Part shown: positions 26,400-39,969 of the stretch, piece after piece
Numbering within the stretch: the first letter of the stretch is position 1
Layout: the number at the start of each line of letters is the position of its first letter
Assembly: GCF_020745735.1 (NCBI RefSeq)
Contig: NC_083408.1
Span: 76,290,484-76,354,483, forward strand
DNA from: Hemiscyllium ocellatum
Taxonomy: Eukaryota
DNA length: 64,000 nucleotides
Reading direction: 5' to 3'
Notes under the pieces: generated by a model
The model's database searches: none
What the model saw: only the letters and a program-made list of their open reading frames with translations
Told to the model about the DNA's origin: nothing
Translations under genes and position numbers: made by a program

Positions 26400-29300
26400 A
26401 AATGGGCTTTTCTTTTGAAGATGTTTAATTTTACCCTGATTAGTGAGAAGGAAATAAATGAGAAAATCTATCAGAAAATTTCAAGGAAATGTTTAGAAAA
26501 AAACAGGAATAGTAGAGAATTTCACTTTCTCAAATATTGACTGAGGGCAGGGTTGCAGGTGCACAGGATAAGGGGCATGTTGGGAAAGAATATCGAAAGT
26601 TCTGTTCACATTCAATTAGTGTTTAGCATAATGAGAAAAGAAGCAGTGCTCGATTTAGCTCTAAGGAATTTATGAGTGCAAGTAAGCTGGGCTGTATGGA
26701 AGTACATTGGGTAATAGTGATCATAATATGATTAAATTTAAAGTCCATATTTAAACTGCTCAACTGACTGAGAGCCAATTTCCATTAATCTATGAACATG
26801 AAAAGAAATATTGTCTAAGTAAACAGAAACTGAGCAATGGCAGGCCTCAATATTAGTATAAATCAATCATATTCCCATTAGAAGGAAATAATGAGGAATC
26901 CAAAGTTAGAGCTTCCTGAATTGCAAAGGAAATAGAAATTGCAATTCAACAGAAAAAAACAAAACATGACAAAATCAGGAAGAGTACAGAGTGCAGAAAA
27001 AAATTGAAAATGGATACAAATGGTTTGAAGAAATTTGTGGGTTAAAAACAAGAAACTTTGTGTTTACATAGCATCTTTTACAACCACAGAACATCAGAAA
27101 CTGCTTTACAGCTATTAAGGTATTTTGAAGTGTCGTTCCAATATAAAAAATGTTACAGCCAGTTTGCACATAGCAAGTTGCATTGGACAGCAGTGTGATA
27201 ATGAGCAGATAATCTGTTTAATTAGCATTTTGAAAGCTGATTAAGGAACTAATATTGGCCAGGACACCAACAGTACCTCCACTGCTCTTCCTTGAAATAG
27301 TGCAGTGAGGTCTTTTATATCCATGTGAGGCAGACAGGGAGTTGGTTTAATGTTTTATCTGAAAGATGGCTCCTTCACAATACTTCACTACCACTCTGAA
27401 GTATTCTCATGATTTTAGTTCTATGTTTAAGTCCTGAAGTATGACTCCTGATGAAGCGTCCCGCCTGAAATGTCAAATTTCCACTCCTCTGATGCTGCTT
27501 GACCTGTTGTGCTTTTTCCAGCTCCACATTTTATTGACATGAACTCTCAACCTTCTTTCTTAGATGACAATGCACCCAGCTGTTCCACAACCAACCCATG
27601 AAAGCTCACATAAAAGACAACCAAGAAAGATATTAACACAAAGAATATAAGTATAGTTTAAGGAATGTTAAGGTCAATTAGGCACACAAAATATAATTAA
27701 ATTTGCAGTGGAGGAGATAAAAATATAAAAATGGTTAAAATGCTTTAGATAGACTGCCATCACTTAAGATCCTGCTGTTTTGTTGGGATTCATCCTGAGT
27801 TCCTCAGAAAAGCTCAAAAACAAGTAGCAAGAAGATATGATTACAATCTTCTTCAGTCTTGGAAATGGACTCTAAATCAAAGCAGGTAAGAGAAGCAAAA
27901 ATAGAAGAACATGTAAACAATAGTAACCATAATAAATAAAGGCATAAACATGATTTTAAAAAAAACAAAACTAATAGCTTGGCAAACAGCTGATTTTAGA
28001 ATTTGAGCAAATAAAATGGGAGATTGTGGTACAATAATTTCACCAGACTAGTAATGCAGATAGGCATGTTTAAATTCAACTATGGCAACTGGTGGGATTT
28101 AAATTTAATAATAAACCTGGAATTAAAAGTGGCAGCTTTGGCGACCATTAAATTGTAATTAATTGTTCAAAACACCTTTCTTGTTCACTAATGTCCTTTG
28201 GAAAATGGCATCTTCCATCTTTGGCCACACATTATCACTTGTGTCTCCAGATCCTCAAGAATGCTGTTTACTTCCCTCAGAAGTAGCAGTTCAAGGGCAT
28301 TTAAAGGTGGCAAACGATGTTTGCCTTGCCAGTGATGCCTACATCCCATGGAAGAATAAAGAACAGTTTATTATACTAGAAAATAACATTATAGAATGAA
28401 AATTGGGAATGATTTAAAAAGTTTTAACCAAATGCAAGAAGTATCTTTCTCTAAAAGACAAGGGCAAACTAAACATTAGTAATGTAACAGAATAATTGAG
28501 CATTAAGAAAATAGGTAAACCTTTAAAAGCATTGACAGCAGAAAATAATTTGAAGAACGTAGTAGATAAATCAGTAAAACAATTAGGAAGGCTAAGAGAA
28601 GCCTTGAAATTTAAGTATCAAAGGATGTAATTCAGTAGTGATTTGAATTTGAATTTCACCTCAATTAAAAAGGAGGGCTGTGATGAGAATAGTAACAGTA
28701 AAGAGATGGCAGAAATGTTAAATAATTACTTCGGTTTGGCATTTACCAGGCAGATTGAACAGGTAGGCATAACACTGACTAAAACACAGAAATGATTAAT
28801 AAGTGCAATTAAAATATCAAAGGTACTTGTTGAATAAAGACACTAAAACAACCCTTAATCTGGATGGATTGCATCTACATCTAATAGTATCTAGGGCAGA
28901 GACAATATTAATAGCACATAATAATTCAATAGAAAAAGGTGCCAGTGAGCCAGTAGAAAGCTAATGTTATTCATTTATGTAAGAAGTGGGACAATACGTA
29001 TCCAGGGAATTAAAGGTCAGCCAGTTTAACATTAGTGGAAAGAAAAATATTGAATTCTCACTAAAGGAGAGAAGAACCACCTAGATATTAAAAATATTAT
29101 AATGAATAGTTGATAGATTTCCAAAGTGAAAATCATTCTTAGCCTACCATTTTTTTTGAGAAGGGTAAAGAAAATAGACAATGGTTATGCTGTATGTCTA
29201 GATTAGTGTGGTGCTGGAAAAGCACAGCAGGTCAGCCAGCATCCGAAGAGCAGGACAATTCGAGCAAAAGCCCTTCCTAATGAAATAGTTTTACATTAGG

Positions 29301-30620
29301 AAAACTAATGAAGCACCTGCAGTACGGCATAGTGGCTCAATGGCTAGTACTGCTGCCTCACAGCACCAGGGACTCAGGTTGGATTCCACCTTGGGCGCCT
29401 GTCTGTGTGGAGTTTGCACATTCTCCCAGTATCTACGTGGAAGGGCTTTTTCCTGAAGCATCGATTTTCCTGCATAGTTCAACATAGTTGCTTGAAAATG
29501 GGAGGTAGTATATTTTGCTTGGAAGAACAGGAAGTCACTTATTATTTATTGGGTAGAGAAGCAAAATAATTTGAATACAAATACACCATTCACTAATATT
29601 TGCACTTCAGATTAGCAACATCATTTATTTTTACAAGTGCATTGAGCTCTATTAAAAACAGTATACTTTAGTTAGATTCCCTACAGTATGGAAACAGGCC
29701 ATTTAGCCCAAGTCCACACCAATCCTCCAAAGAGTAACCCACCCAGACCCATTCCCCTACCTTATATTTACACCTGACTAATGCACCTAACACTATGGGC
29801 AATTTAGTATGGCCAATTCACCTGACCTGTACATCTTTGGATAGTGGGAAGAAGCCAGAGCACTGGAGGAAATCCACGTAGACACTGAGAGAATGTGCAA
29901 ACTCCACAGACAGGTGCCCAAGGTGCTATAAGGCAGCAGTGCTAGCCACTGTGCCGTACTGCAGGTGCTGGAGATTTGAAATAAAAACAAAATGCTGAAG
30001 AAACTCTATAGGTCTGGTAACATCTCTGGAGAGATAAACAGTAAATGTTTGAGTCAGACATGATTTCTTCTTTGAAACAGAGTAGGAAAGTCATGCTAAA
30101 CCTGCATTAAACCTCAATTATATGACCTTGCAGTTCTGGTCACATTTTATAGAAAGAATGCAGAGGGTGCACAGAATTTTTACAAGAATGATACCTGGTG
30201 TACAGGCATGCACATCAAGAAAGGATTGACAGGCTGGATCTTTTCTCTCTTGGGGGGAGAAAGAGGCTCATGTGTGATCTAATAGAAATCTTAAACAATG
30301 TGAAAGGTTTTGAATGAGTAAATACGAGGAGAATATTTCCTCTCCTGGACAAGTAAAGACCATCAATATAAATTAGTCACCAAGGAAACCAATATGTAAT
30401 TCAGAAGAAACTTCTTCACTCATCTCTTAACAAAATGTCAAACTCATTACCGCTGGATGGGTTGAAGCTTGTCTTAAATGTTTGAGGCGAATCTGGGCAA
30501 ACATAAGAGGGCAATGAATAGATTGTAACGATGGTATATTTAGATTCTGGGGTGATTTGATTGGACCATAAATATCACCATTGATTTATTGGACCAAAAA
30601 TGGCCTGTTTCTGTGTAGCT
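26400..30620 (+). mobile_element. Very old, fragmented CR1-like LINE carrying several younger SINE/Penelope-tail insertions
   Basis: Degenerate ORF2 remnants (SDHN-like near 26715, LNNYF..AFT near 28720, NV..L.KK.D..PGN near 28960-29010) and CR1 3' end similarity at 30100-30620. Confidence 0.5.
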
Positions 30621-30692
30621 AATCTAATCTAATACAATATAATCTAATGTAATTTCTGAGTCCAAACAGTTTTATGTAAATGATCAGTGGTG

Positions 30693-30728
30693 ATTCCTGA
30701 TGAAGGGCTTGTGCCCAAAACGTCGAAT
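30693..30728 (+). ncRNA. Minimal type I hammerhead ribozyme motif (G12 mutated) in a Penelope-tail element
   Basis: ATTC-CTGATGA-A-GGGC-TTGT-GCCC-AAAA-CGTC-GAAT: stem I ATTC/GAAT, stem II GGGC/GCCC, palindromic ACGT stem III. GAAA has become AAAA, consistent with CpG decay. Confidence 0.7.
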
Positions 30729-31560
30729 TTCCTGTTCCTTAGATGCTGCCTGACCTGCTGCGCTTTAACCAGCAACATATTTTCAGCAGCGATAAATAAT
30801 GATATTCAATTATCTTATCTGATAGGGTTTAGAGGTGAAAGATGAATTGCACTGGTTCAGTTTCTCCTGGGAAACAATGAAATATTGACATATAGTTAAA
30901 GAGAAGAACGTTGGAGTGCTTCTCATTTAGCTTCATCATTAGTAGACAGTGAATTCTATCGATGTAACCTGATTGACCTGTTGACAGTAACAGCGGATTG
31001 AAGGTAACATATAATTATGCATTTTCCCAAGTATTTGACAATACCTTTAGAAAATAGAGATTGTGTTAATTATATTTTTAAAATAATGTGGTAACTGTGT
31101 AATTGGCTAAGGGATAGGAAGTGGAGATGATGTATGCATTGCCTACTGCAGCTTAAATAACGCACAGACACTTCTAAGGATGAGCACAGCCAATTGATTT
31201 TTAAAAACAACATTTTTCTAAAGTATTTGTGGCATTTTAAAATCTCAAATAAAGTCACTGCAAAATTTAGATTCTGTTGGTAGAATTGTGCCTCAGAATT
31301 TTGCTTTGCCACATGAAAGTCAAATGCTTGGTTAATTAATTGAGTGTTACAATTTCTGTTTAAACAAAAAAGATGTATTAACATATTTAATAAATGCATA
31401 GATGGAGTAGAAGCCAATGTACAGACCTTCCACTTAACAATACTTGAATTCTGGAGGCAATGATGAATAAAGTTTAGGTCTAATTGCAAGAAATGACACC
31501 TGACCAACATGTTTTGCTTCAATTTCAGACACACTATGACTCATTAGGGAAAAAGGGAAT

Positions 31561-32907
31561 ATGGCCATGGGTCAACAACATCCTTCCATGATTAGAATCC
31601 AAGAAATTCAGAAGGGAATCCATGAAGCTAGGCGACTTGTAGTTTCGTTCAGTGGTACACAGTCTGATAGAGAATACAAGCGCCTGGAGAGCACTTTGAT
31701 CAAGATGCTGTTTGAGTTAGATGCAGTAGACACTGATGGCAAGCCTGACATCCAGCATGGCCGAAGAAGTGCAGTGAATGATGTGGAGGGACTGCTCAAA
31801 GAGTTAGAGCAAATTGCAACTCATCCATCACGTCTGAGGGTGGAAAAGGTCTTCAGTGATGCACAACAGTTGGTTACCAATGAGTTATCTTCAGCTGGGG
31901 GTTTGATAACTGAGGAATTTGCTGAGCGCATCCAAGAAATTATATTTCAACTGACACAGGTGAAAACAGGAGGAAAAATTAGCTTGAGGAAAGCTAGATA
32001 TCGAGCTTTGACCAAGATTTGTGCACTGCAGGACATCATTGACAATTGTATTGGTCGGCAAGCCTTATCTTTACCTCTGTCTGCAGATACACACCCTTCT
32101 GTTCCCAAGATCAACTCTGTTTTATGTGAAGTTAGCAAAGCAAGATGGGATGTAATTGGCCTACTTATGAACCTGAATACCTTGGAGAACTGTGCACATC
32201 TTTCACGTATTCTCACAGGATTGTTAATGCAATTGGATGCAATCGATGTGGCTGGGCACTCAGAAGCAAGAAACTATCGGAAACGTGTAGTGCATGAAAT
32301 CAATTGTTTACTCGAACACTTGGAGATTGAATCAGAAGGCGAGGCTGCAGGTAGTTACGATCTAGCACAAAATCAGTCTATCAAACAGATAGAAGAAATA
32401 GGGAAGAAGACGGCACATTTAAAACAACAGCTGCTACAACTAGAAAATGCTTCTGACCTCCATTTCAAACCAAAAGGAGAACTGCAAAGTGTTCTTACTG
32501 AATTAGATAAAGTAGACATTGGCAAAAATCCATGTATCCGTGAAGCTAGGAGAAGAGCTGTAGTTGATGTGCAGGCTGTAATAGCTTATGTTGACCTGAA
32601 AGAGACGCTTGCGAAGAGAGCAAACATGGAAGAGCAACTTAGGGATGAACACCCTTCACAGAAAGCTATATGGCAGGTTCTGAGCGATTTGTCAGAATTT
32701 CAAAAGCAGGTATTGTCATTTGATGGAGACAGAACAGACAAGAATTACATGAGACTGGAAGAAATGCTCACAAAGCAACTCCTAGCACTCGATGCAGTAG
32801 AGACCCGAGGGAATGATGGTGCTAAGGTTGCCAGAAAACAAGCAGTGAAATTTGCTCAAAATATTCTGAATTATCTAGACATGAAAACAGATGAATGGGA
32901 ATATTGA
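31561..32907 (+). CDS. BAG5: BAG family molecular chaperone regulator 5 (448 aa, tandem BAG domains, single coding exon)
   Basis: N-terminus MAMGQQHPS..RIQEIQ, repeated BAG motifs (ELDAVDT..G...R, LDAIDVAG...RNYRKRVV, ELDKVD.GKNPCIREARRRAV) and C-terminus RKQAVKFAQNILNYLDMKTDEWEY. Acceptor ttttgcttcaatttcag ends at 31528. Confidence 0.97.
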   Translation: MAMGQQHPSMIRIQEIQKGIHEARRLVVSFSGTQSDREYKRLESTLIKMLFELDAVDTDGKPDIQHGRRSAVNDVEGLLKELEQIATHPSRLRVEKVFSDAQQLVTNELSSAGGLITEEFAERIQEIIFQLTQVKTGGKISLRKARYRALTKICALQDIIDNCIGRQALSLPLSADTHPSVPKINSVLCEVSKARWDVIGLLMNLNTLENCAHLSRILTGLLMQLDAIDVAGHSEARNYRKRVVHEINCLLEHLEIESEGEAAGSYDLAQNQSIKQIEEIGKKTAHLKQQLLQLENASDLHFKPKGELQSVLTELDKVDIGKNPCIREARRRAVVDVQAVIAYVDLKETLAKRANMEEQLRDEHPSQKAIWQVLSDLSEFQKQVLSFDGDRTDKNYMRLEEMLTKQLLALDAVETRGNDGAKVARKQAVKFAQNILNYLDMKTDEWEY

Positions 32908-35158
32908 ATAGCAGTTCAATGCATGAAGCATAGCGTTTTTGACTCATGCTTTGCACTATTTCTATTCATTTAGAAGAATTGTTGAGGCACATTTACCACT
33001 ATCAGGAAGATTAAAGTTCATATCATTAAATTATGTAATTGATTTAGCTAGATTTTTCAAAGAAAATTAAAGTTTTTCTTACATTTTGAATAGTAATATA
33101 ATGAATGCTATAAAGGTGGTTTGGTATTTCATTACATTATTAAAATTGCAAACAATATATGCTTTGTTAGGAGCAATATAGCAAGACAGTGAATTATAAT
33201 ATTTTGAAATCGGCAAAATTGATAGATTTAGACCCCAGCTGTTACTGTATTAATGCTGGTTTTCAACCATTCATATTTTTCTTGGGGTTCATTCATCTCC
33301 AGCACGTCAGCTGACTAGCTGAGATAACTGGGCCTTGACCTGCAAGCAAACCATTTCATTGATAATAGTTAAAATGGAGTGCTGAAAGTGAGCACACTAA
33401 TTTTTAATTTTTTAATTTGGTTGTGTATTTATTTCTATTGCCACTGAATCAGTCTCCTATTCTCCCTCAACTATGTGGGCGTGCAGTTGTGTAGCCACTG
33501 AAGTGCATAGTTTGTGGAACTAACAAGCCCATGCACAAGCAATAGATTTTTAAAATTTGTGCAGTTATACAATTATCTTGAAAGCAACCCAGAAATGCAA
33601 GAAGTAAGCTGCACATGGTAGAGAGAAATTTGAGAAAATGTTAAATTTGCATATTTTAATGTACATTTACCATGCTAGCATGTTATCCCACTGGCCTTAC
33701 TGCTTTCCCCTAAGAATCCATCTGTGTTGAAGAAATAACATGCAGAAGTATTAGATGAGTTTGAAGGTAAAATAATTGAATATTATTGTTAAAGATTTGA
33801 CCCACAGAACTGACAATGATGTTTCACATGTTGGGTGCCCATAGGGAGATATTTTGTCAAACATTTACACACTGCACTTGAGAATGCTTCCTCGATTTTT
33901 GACAGTCTGACAATTGGCTTGTGTAAATGAATTATAGCTAGAAAGATTCTGTATAGACAATTGTACTTCATCAAAATGCAGTTTAGGTAACACCAAATAA
34001 TACTCAATGAAAGTAAAAGAATTTAGTGTATTTGAATATATGTAAATTTTCCTGAAATTAAACGAAGATTGACTGGCTGTTTTAAACAAAATTAGGGATT
34101 GATTATTAGGTTAAGATTATTTCAGTGCTCCTTTCAAGATTTAGCAAGGAAACTTTGAAAAACTTTAGGATTTTACTCTGGCTTAATTTGATAGTGACTC
34201 CAATATTTTGTATTGTGTTTACAAAAATGATTCAATGTTTATATACTTTCCACTGAATGAGACCAAAGTTAAGTAAATTAATTGTACAGTTTAGTTAAAG
34301 CAAACCAAAAGTGCATTATTTGCAATGCCCTTTTCAAATGAATCAATCAGTCAATCTATAAAATGATGAAACTATATCCATCATGGCTGTCTTCATCCCA
34401 CAAAAGCTGATTCAGTCTGTTGTTATTTCATTTGATACAATGTGTCCCCAATGCACCCAGAAATTAATGATACATGACATTAATTACCTTTTAACTATTT
34501 TAATTGATAGTACTGAATATTGACTTAGTCAGCAGCTGTCTTGAATAATGTTTAAACCTAAAATATCACTCATCATTAATAGGGGTTGAGAATTATATTT
34601 AAAACATCACTGGTATTTGAAATGTTGGGGGCCTTATAGCAAATTGAGCAATATCAATTTGTATTTATAATCAGAAGTATATGGATTCAACAATGTTTTT
34701 ACTTTCCAGTTAAAAACAAATAAGCCTTTTTTTTTTGAAAAATGTGTTTGTATGAAGCCTCTTAAATTTTTCTTTTTAGTGAGGGTTGATATTTCCTTTT
34801 TCAGTATGCTGCATCCCTAATGTGGAGTAAAATTTAACTGGATATGGCTGCAGTTCAAATCAAAGGATTGAGTTGCAGCAGCTTGATATTCATGCTCCCA
34901 TGCTTGTACTGTACTTGTATATTTTGTAAATAATAACAGTTGCTCTTTTTAAAGTCAGAAACACATCAATCATAAATTGCTTAAAATATGCTCTTAGAAT
35001 TCATCCATATCTTAATATCTGTGCTATGCATTTGCTGAAAATGTATCGTTAAATGCCTTAATTTTGTAATGTATCAAAAATTGCAATACCTCAACACTGA
35101 ATTTAAAATACCATGTTAAGAATAATGCAGATTTGTAGCACAATATTATTGTGTCACA

Positions 35159-35164
35159 AATAAA
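35159..35164 (+). terminator. Candidate BAG5 polyadenylation signal (others at about 35375 and 37438)
   Basis: AATAAA followed by U-rich sequence, within a TE-poor AT-rich tract downstream of the stop codon. Confidence 0.3.
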
Positions 35165-38100
35165 TCTTCAGCAAATGATTCTGGTACCTGCAATACCGGT
35201 CAGTTTCTTTTTACATTGCTTAAATTCAGTATCAATCAACTGATTGTAATTTTTTAATCAGTTGGATGAATATCGTTAAAATCAACAGTTCAAAATTCAT
35301 CTCTAAAAAAATTACAGCAATGATATCAGCTGTGCAATATTAATTTTAAATTGCACTAATGTAATTTTTTGAAAAAATAAATTTGACCAATTTTTTTCTA
35401 GTTTGAATTGGCAAACCAAACAATGCTGGTAATATTTGCTCAATTGATGTTGAAATGCACTCTCTTCAGTTATTGATTATAACAGATTTAAAAGTTTCAC
35501 CAAGTGTCCTATTGATAATTATATTTTTCCAAGGGTCCACTTGGCCAATAATAACTTAAACTGTTGGATTATGGGATGATTATATTTAAAACTATAATCC
35601 TCTGCATTATCAGGTTGTACTCTATCTTCGAATAAGTTTCATTCTCCATGTGATTTCTATTAAAGGTTTAGGGTATCTCCAAAGAAATTATTTTTCTAGT
35701 CACGTTTCATCATCAACAAACAAAGTATTTTATTTAAATAATACTGCCAGACTAAAGATTCATGGTTTACTTGAAATATTTAAATATTACAGATCAGCAT
35801 TGTATGTTTTCTTTGGTATGATAATGTTAATTTTTTGAATTGTTTGAAATAAATAGCAACTTCTCAATTCAAATACTTAGCATAAATTCTAAGTTTCTGA
35901 GCTCACTTTTCAAAGATTAAAAATGCTATTTTGCAATACATCAATCTATAATTACAACAAAATTTTATTAGTATATCTGTGCAACAGAAATAATTTCATT
36001 TGGAAAAACACTTAACTGTTTTCTTTGACTAAAAATAGCAGCCCAAAGAATATAATTTTATTTTCATAGTTGTACTGAGTTTCTAGCTAACCTTCAAAGA
36101 CTAGCATTTGACAAAATTGCAAATTGTTTATAAATGCTAAATGTGTAAATTCATGTTAAATTGCTATGTGCAGACTGAGGAATTAGTAGCTCCAGTGTAC
36201 TATGGTTGTCATGTGTTTCACAGTTGTAGAGACTTTGTTGAACAAGCTTTGGCAAGTTGTTGGAGTACACTAAGTAAAACTTCCAACATCTTGAAGGAAA
36301 AGGGTAGCAAGTATCTGGGAATGACATCATCTCCAAGTCAAACATTAGCCGAAGTTGAACATATATTGCCATTCCTTCACAATTGCGTGGTCAATATGCC
36401 TGCACTATTTCCATATACAACAGCTTATTGAAGAAGGTGACTGATATTGTCAATAACTTCTGACCCTGCCAGTAATGCCTAATCCTATGGCAGTATAGTT
36501 TAAGATAAAAATTGAAACTGTTTGATTAATGTATTCTGAGAAGACTAACATGAGCATTGAAATTGTGGATAAATAAACATAGAATAAAGTATGGGAGTAT
36601 GAAAGTGCAGTAGACAAAAGGTGTTCAGGTGTTTGGTTGAGGTCACATTGGTGTTTTTAAGATGCTGTGCATAAAGTTTTTTTTCATATTGGTGTTCTGC
36701 TTGAGAATTTGTGCACCAATATTTTCATAATAGCCCTGTCTCAACTTCCAATTTTGAAATGTGAACATGACAAACTAGTGAATTAAAAACAAAATGAGAC
36801 TAAAATCAAAATACAGCAGTTCTGGCAGCATTTATGGAGACAAAAGCAAAATTAATATTTCAGATTTAGATGATCGGTCATCTTTCTAATTTTTAATTCA
36901 AAATTTCATCATCTGCAGTATTTTGCTTTTGTACTAATATATCTGAGACACGTAGATTTTCAGGGCTGAGTTTTCAGAATGTAAAGAGTGCAGATGACAC
37001 CTAGGTTTGCAGATTGACTATCTTCATAAGCCACCAGGGTGTATTGTTTATAGACATGATGCGTTTCCACATCGTGTAATGTTATTGCAGAGTTCAGCTT
37101 GGTGTTGTTTTGCTGTACTCTAGATTCTGAGGGCACCACTTATGAATAAATCAAGCAAGGCTGTATGCTGTCAATTTACTTGAGACCAGCTTCTTTTCAT
37201 TTTATAAGTCGCCCTGCCATTTATTTTGATGTTTTGTTTTGCTGATCATTTTTGTCTATGCCATCATATGATACAGGCTTGCCAAACTGAAGATTGTGTT
37301 TACTATTGTATTTCTTGTTGAATGGTGTTAAAATTAAATGCTATTGAAGTTTTGATTGACTAAATGCATGTTTTGTTTGTCTTGACTGAAACCCAATTCA
37401 GTGTTTCTGTGAATATATTAAATAGAATCATTTGGCAAATAAAACTTTGTATCATCTGCCAATTTATTGTCTACCATTCAAGGAACTGAGCTACAGGACA
37501 AAACTATTTTTATAAGAATTGTAGAATATGGAATCTGTTAATTTAGGGGGTTTTTCTTTGTATTGCACATTTTGAATCTGCACAATGCTTGTCCTTTCAA
37601 AGCGATTTGTTTTATGAATCAAGAAGTATTATGCTCTGCTGTTTCGTTTATTCTTAACTGCATTTTTAAAAAGTATTTTTTATTGAAAAAAGATTTCTTA
37701 CAAAATTACAACAATAAACCAACAATAATGCTATTCTTTATAAAAAAAATTAAAAACAACAATATAAGCAAAACAAAACTATACTCATGTGCAAGATAAA
37801 CAGTCCAGTAGAAGTAATAAATAAATAACACCACTCAGTGCAACGAAACAATAGCTCCCGACCTTCGAGAGCATTGAATATAACACCTTCATTTATTCTA
37901 AATTCTTCCTCTCAGGGTATCAAGTTCACTAAATCAGATCGTCATAGCTACACAAAAGCCCTAATTAGAATGGCAGACAAATCTATATCTCGGTAATCCA
38001 AATAGGGCTGCCATGTCTGATAAAAAATGTCAGTGTTTTGGTGCACCATATTTGTAAGGAAGTCCAGGGGAGATATGTTCCATGATTAACTTACGCCAGC

Positions 38101-39412
38101 CAGACAGGCTTGGGGGTTTTCAGACACCCAATACATCAAAATATGTTTCCTCGCGCAAAAAGTAAACATATTAAAAACTTTCTCCCAAGAGTGTCTAAAG
38201 AAGATAAATTGGGCAGGCCCAGAAGAGAAATCGGGTCCATCTTAATTTTGGTCCCAAGTCCTTCCCTATTACTCGTGCCACAGCACTCCAGTACATACGA
38301 AGCCTGTGGCAGGACCACAGACAGTGAGTGAGAGTACTTATTTTACACTTGAGGCAAACTGAGGATACTCACACCTTAAATTTCAAGAGACGGTGTGGGG
38401 CCAGATGCACCCTATGAAGAATCTTCAGCTACATAGCACGGGTCCTATTACAGATATTGCATTTTCCCAGGTATCCTCCCATGTCTCAGAAGAAATCTCA
38501 ACTCCTAACTGTCTCTCCCATACCTCATATAATTGCTCACTATCATTTGATGGCCCATTCCCCAACAGATGATAAAGAGTACTAACTGAGAGAATGCTCT
38601 TGGCATAAAGTACCCCCTTCTCTGTATTGGTTCTGTAAGAGTCGGTCAAGAGCTTGGTTCCTTTTTGAATAAAGTCCCTAATCTGAAAAAAATGAAAAAC
38701 GTCTCTGCCAGATAATCCATACTTGCGGCTTACTTGGTCAAAGGGCATCAATGTTTTGCCCTTAAATAAATCACCCAAACAGGAAACTCCCCTAGCTCCC
38801 CAGAGTCTGCATCTGGAGTCCATTATCCCTGGCCGGAACCCTGGCATACCAACTATACCAATTATATACCCTCACTCTGTCTCATTGCCCTCCATGCTTT
38901 GACAGGATTAATAATTATTGGATTACGATAGTATTCTGCAGCTGTCCTCATTTTATCTAAGGACAACAGGCTAATAAAGAGTCACTTTATCTGGGAGGCC
39001 TCAATATCCAACCATATTGACACCAGGTCCTCACAAGCCCAGTTGCTCACAAAAGATAAAAGGGAGCTTAATTGATATTTTTTAATATCTGGGAGATCCC
39101 TTCCCCACAGTCCTTGGGGCAGTTGCAATTTGGTGAGCTTGATAAATGGCTGCCTATGGTACCAGATAAAAGAACTAAACCAGCCATTATGTCTCTTAAA
39201 TGTTTACCTAGGAAAAATCAAGGGAAGCATTCACATAGGGCATAGCAAACAAAGAAGGACATTCATTTTAAGAAGGGCTACTTGGTCTAACCAGGATATT
39301 GGAAGAGCCTTCCATCTTTGAAGATCTTGCTTAATTATGTCAAGCAAGTGGATAAAATTGGCCTTAAATAATTGATCGAAGACAGAAGTAACAAAAATAC
39401 CTAAATAAAGAA

Positions 39413-39690
39413 TGCAGATGATACGAAGATTGGTGGAGTTGTAGACAGTGAGGAGCGCTGTTGTCGGCTGCAAAGGGACTTAGGTATGATGCAGAGCTGG
39501 GCTGAGGAGTGGCAGATGGAGTTCAACCTTGCCAAGTGTGAGGTTGTCCATTTTGGAAGAACAAATAAGAATGCGGAATACAGGGTTAACAGTAGGGTTC
39601 TTAGTCAGGTGGAGGAACAGAGGGATCTTGGGGTCTATGTACATAGATCTTTGAAAGTCGCCACTCAGGTGGATAGAGCTTGTAAGAAGG
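39413..39690 (+). mobile_element. Internal CR1 RT fragment (no 3' tail) within the L1
   Basis: ADDTKIGGVVDSEE...WAEEWQMEFN..KCEVVHFG...RDLGVYVH. Confidence 0.8.
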
Positions 39691-39969
39691 AGGATCTGCG
39701 GCCTTTTGTAAAATCTATCTGATCCTCTATGACAATGGAAGACAACACTGTTTCCAGCCTTAATGCAAGAGTCTTAGACAAAATTTTAAAATCTAAATTT
39801 AAAAGCAAGATGGGCCTCTAAGAAGCATAGTCCTTCAGGGTCTTCCCTTTCTTAAGGCTGAGAGAGCTTTTGGCCTCTTTCATGGATGGTGGGAGTCAAT
39901 CACGACTGTATGAGTAGTTGTACGTGTCCATCATCGGTGCTGGCAATATATTTATAAATTCTTTGTAGA

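Noticed and set aside
31070-31534. 154-aa minus-strand ORF upstream of BAG5
   Set aside because: AT-rich intronic sequence with no recognisable motifs; probably a chance ORF.
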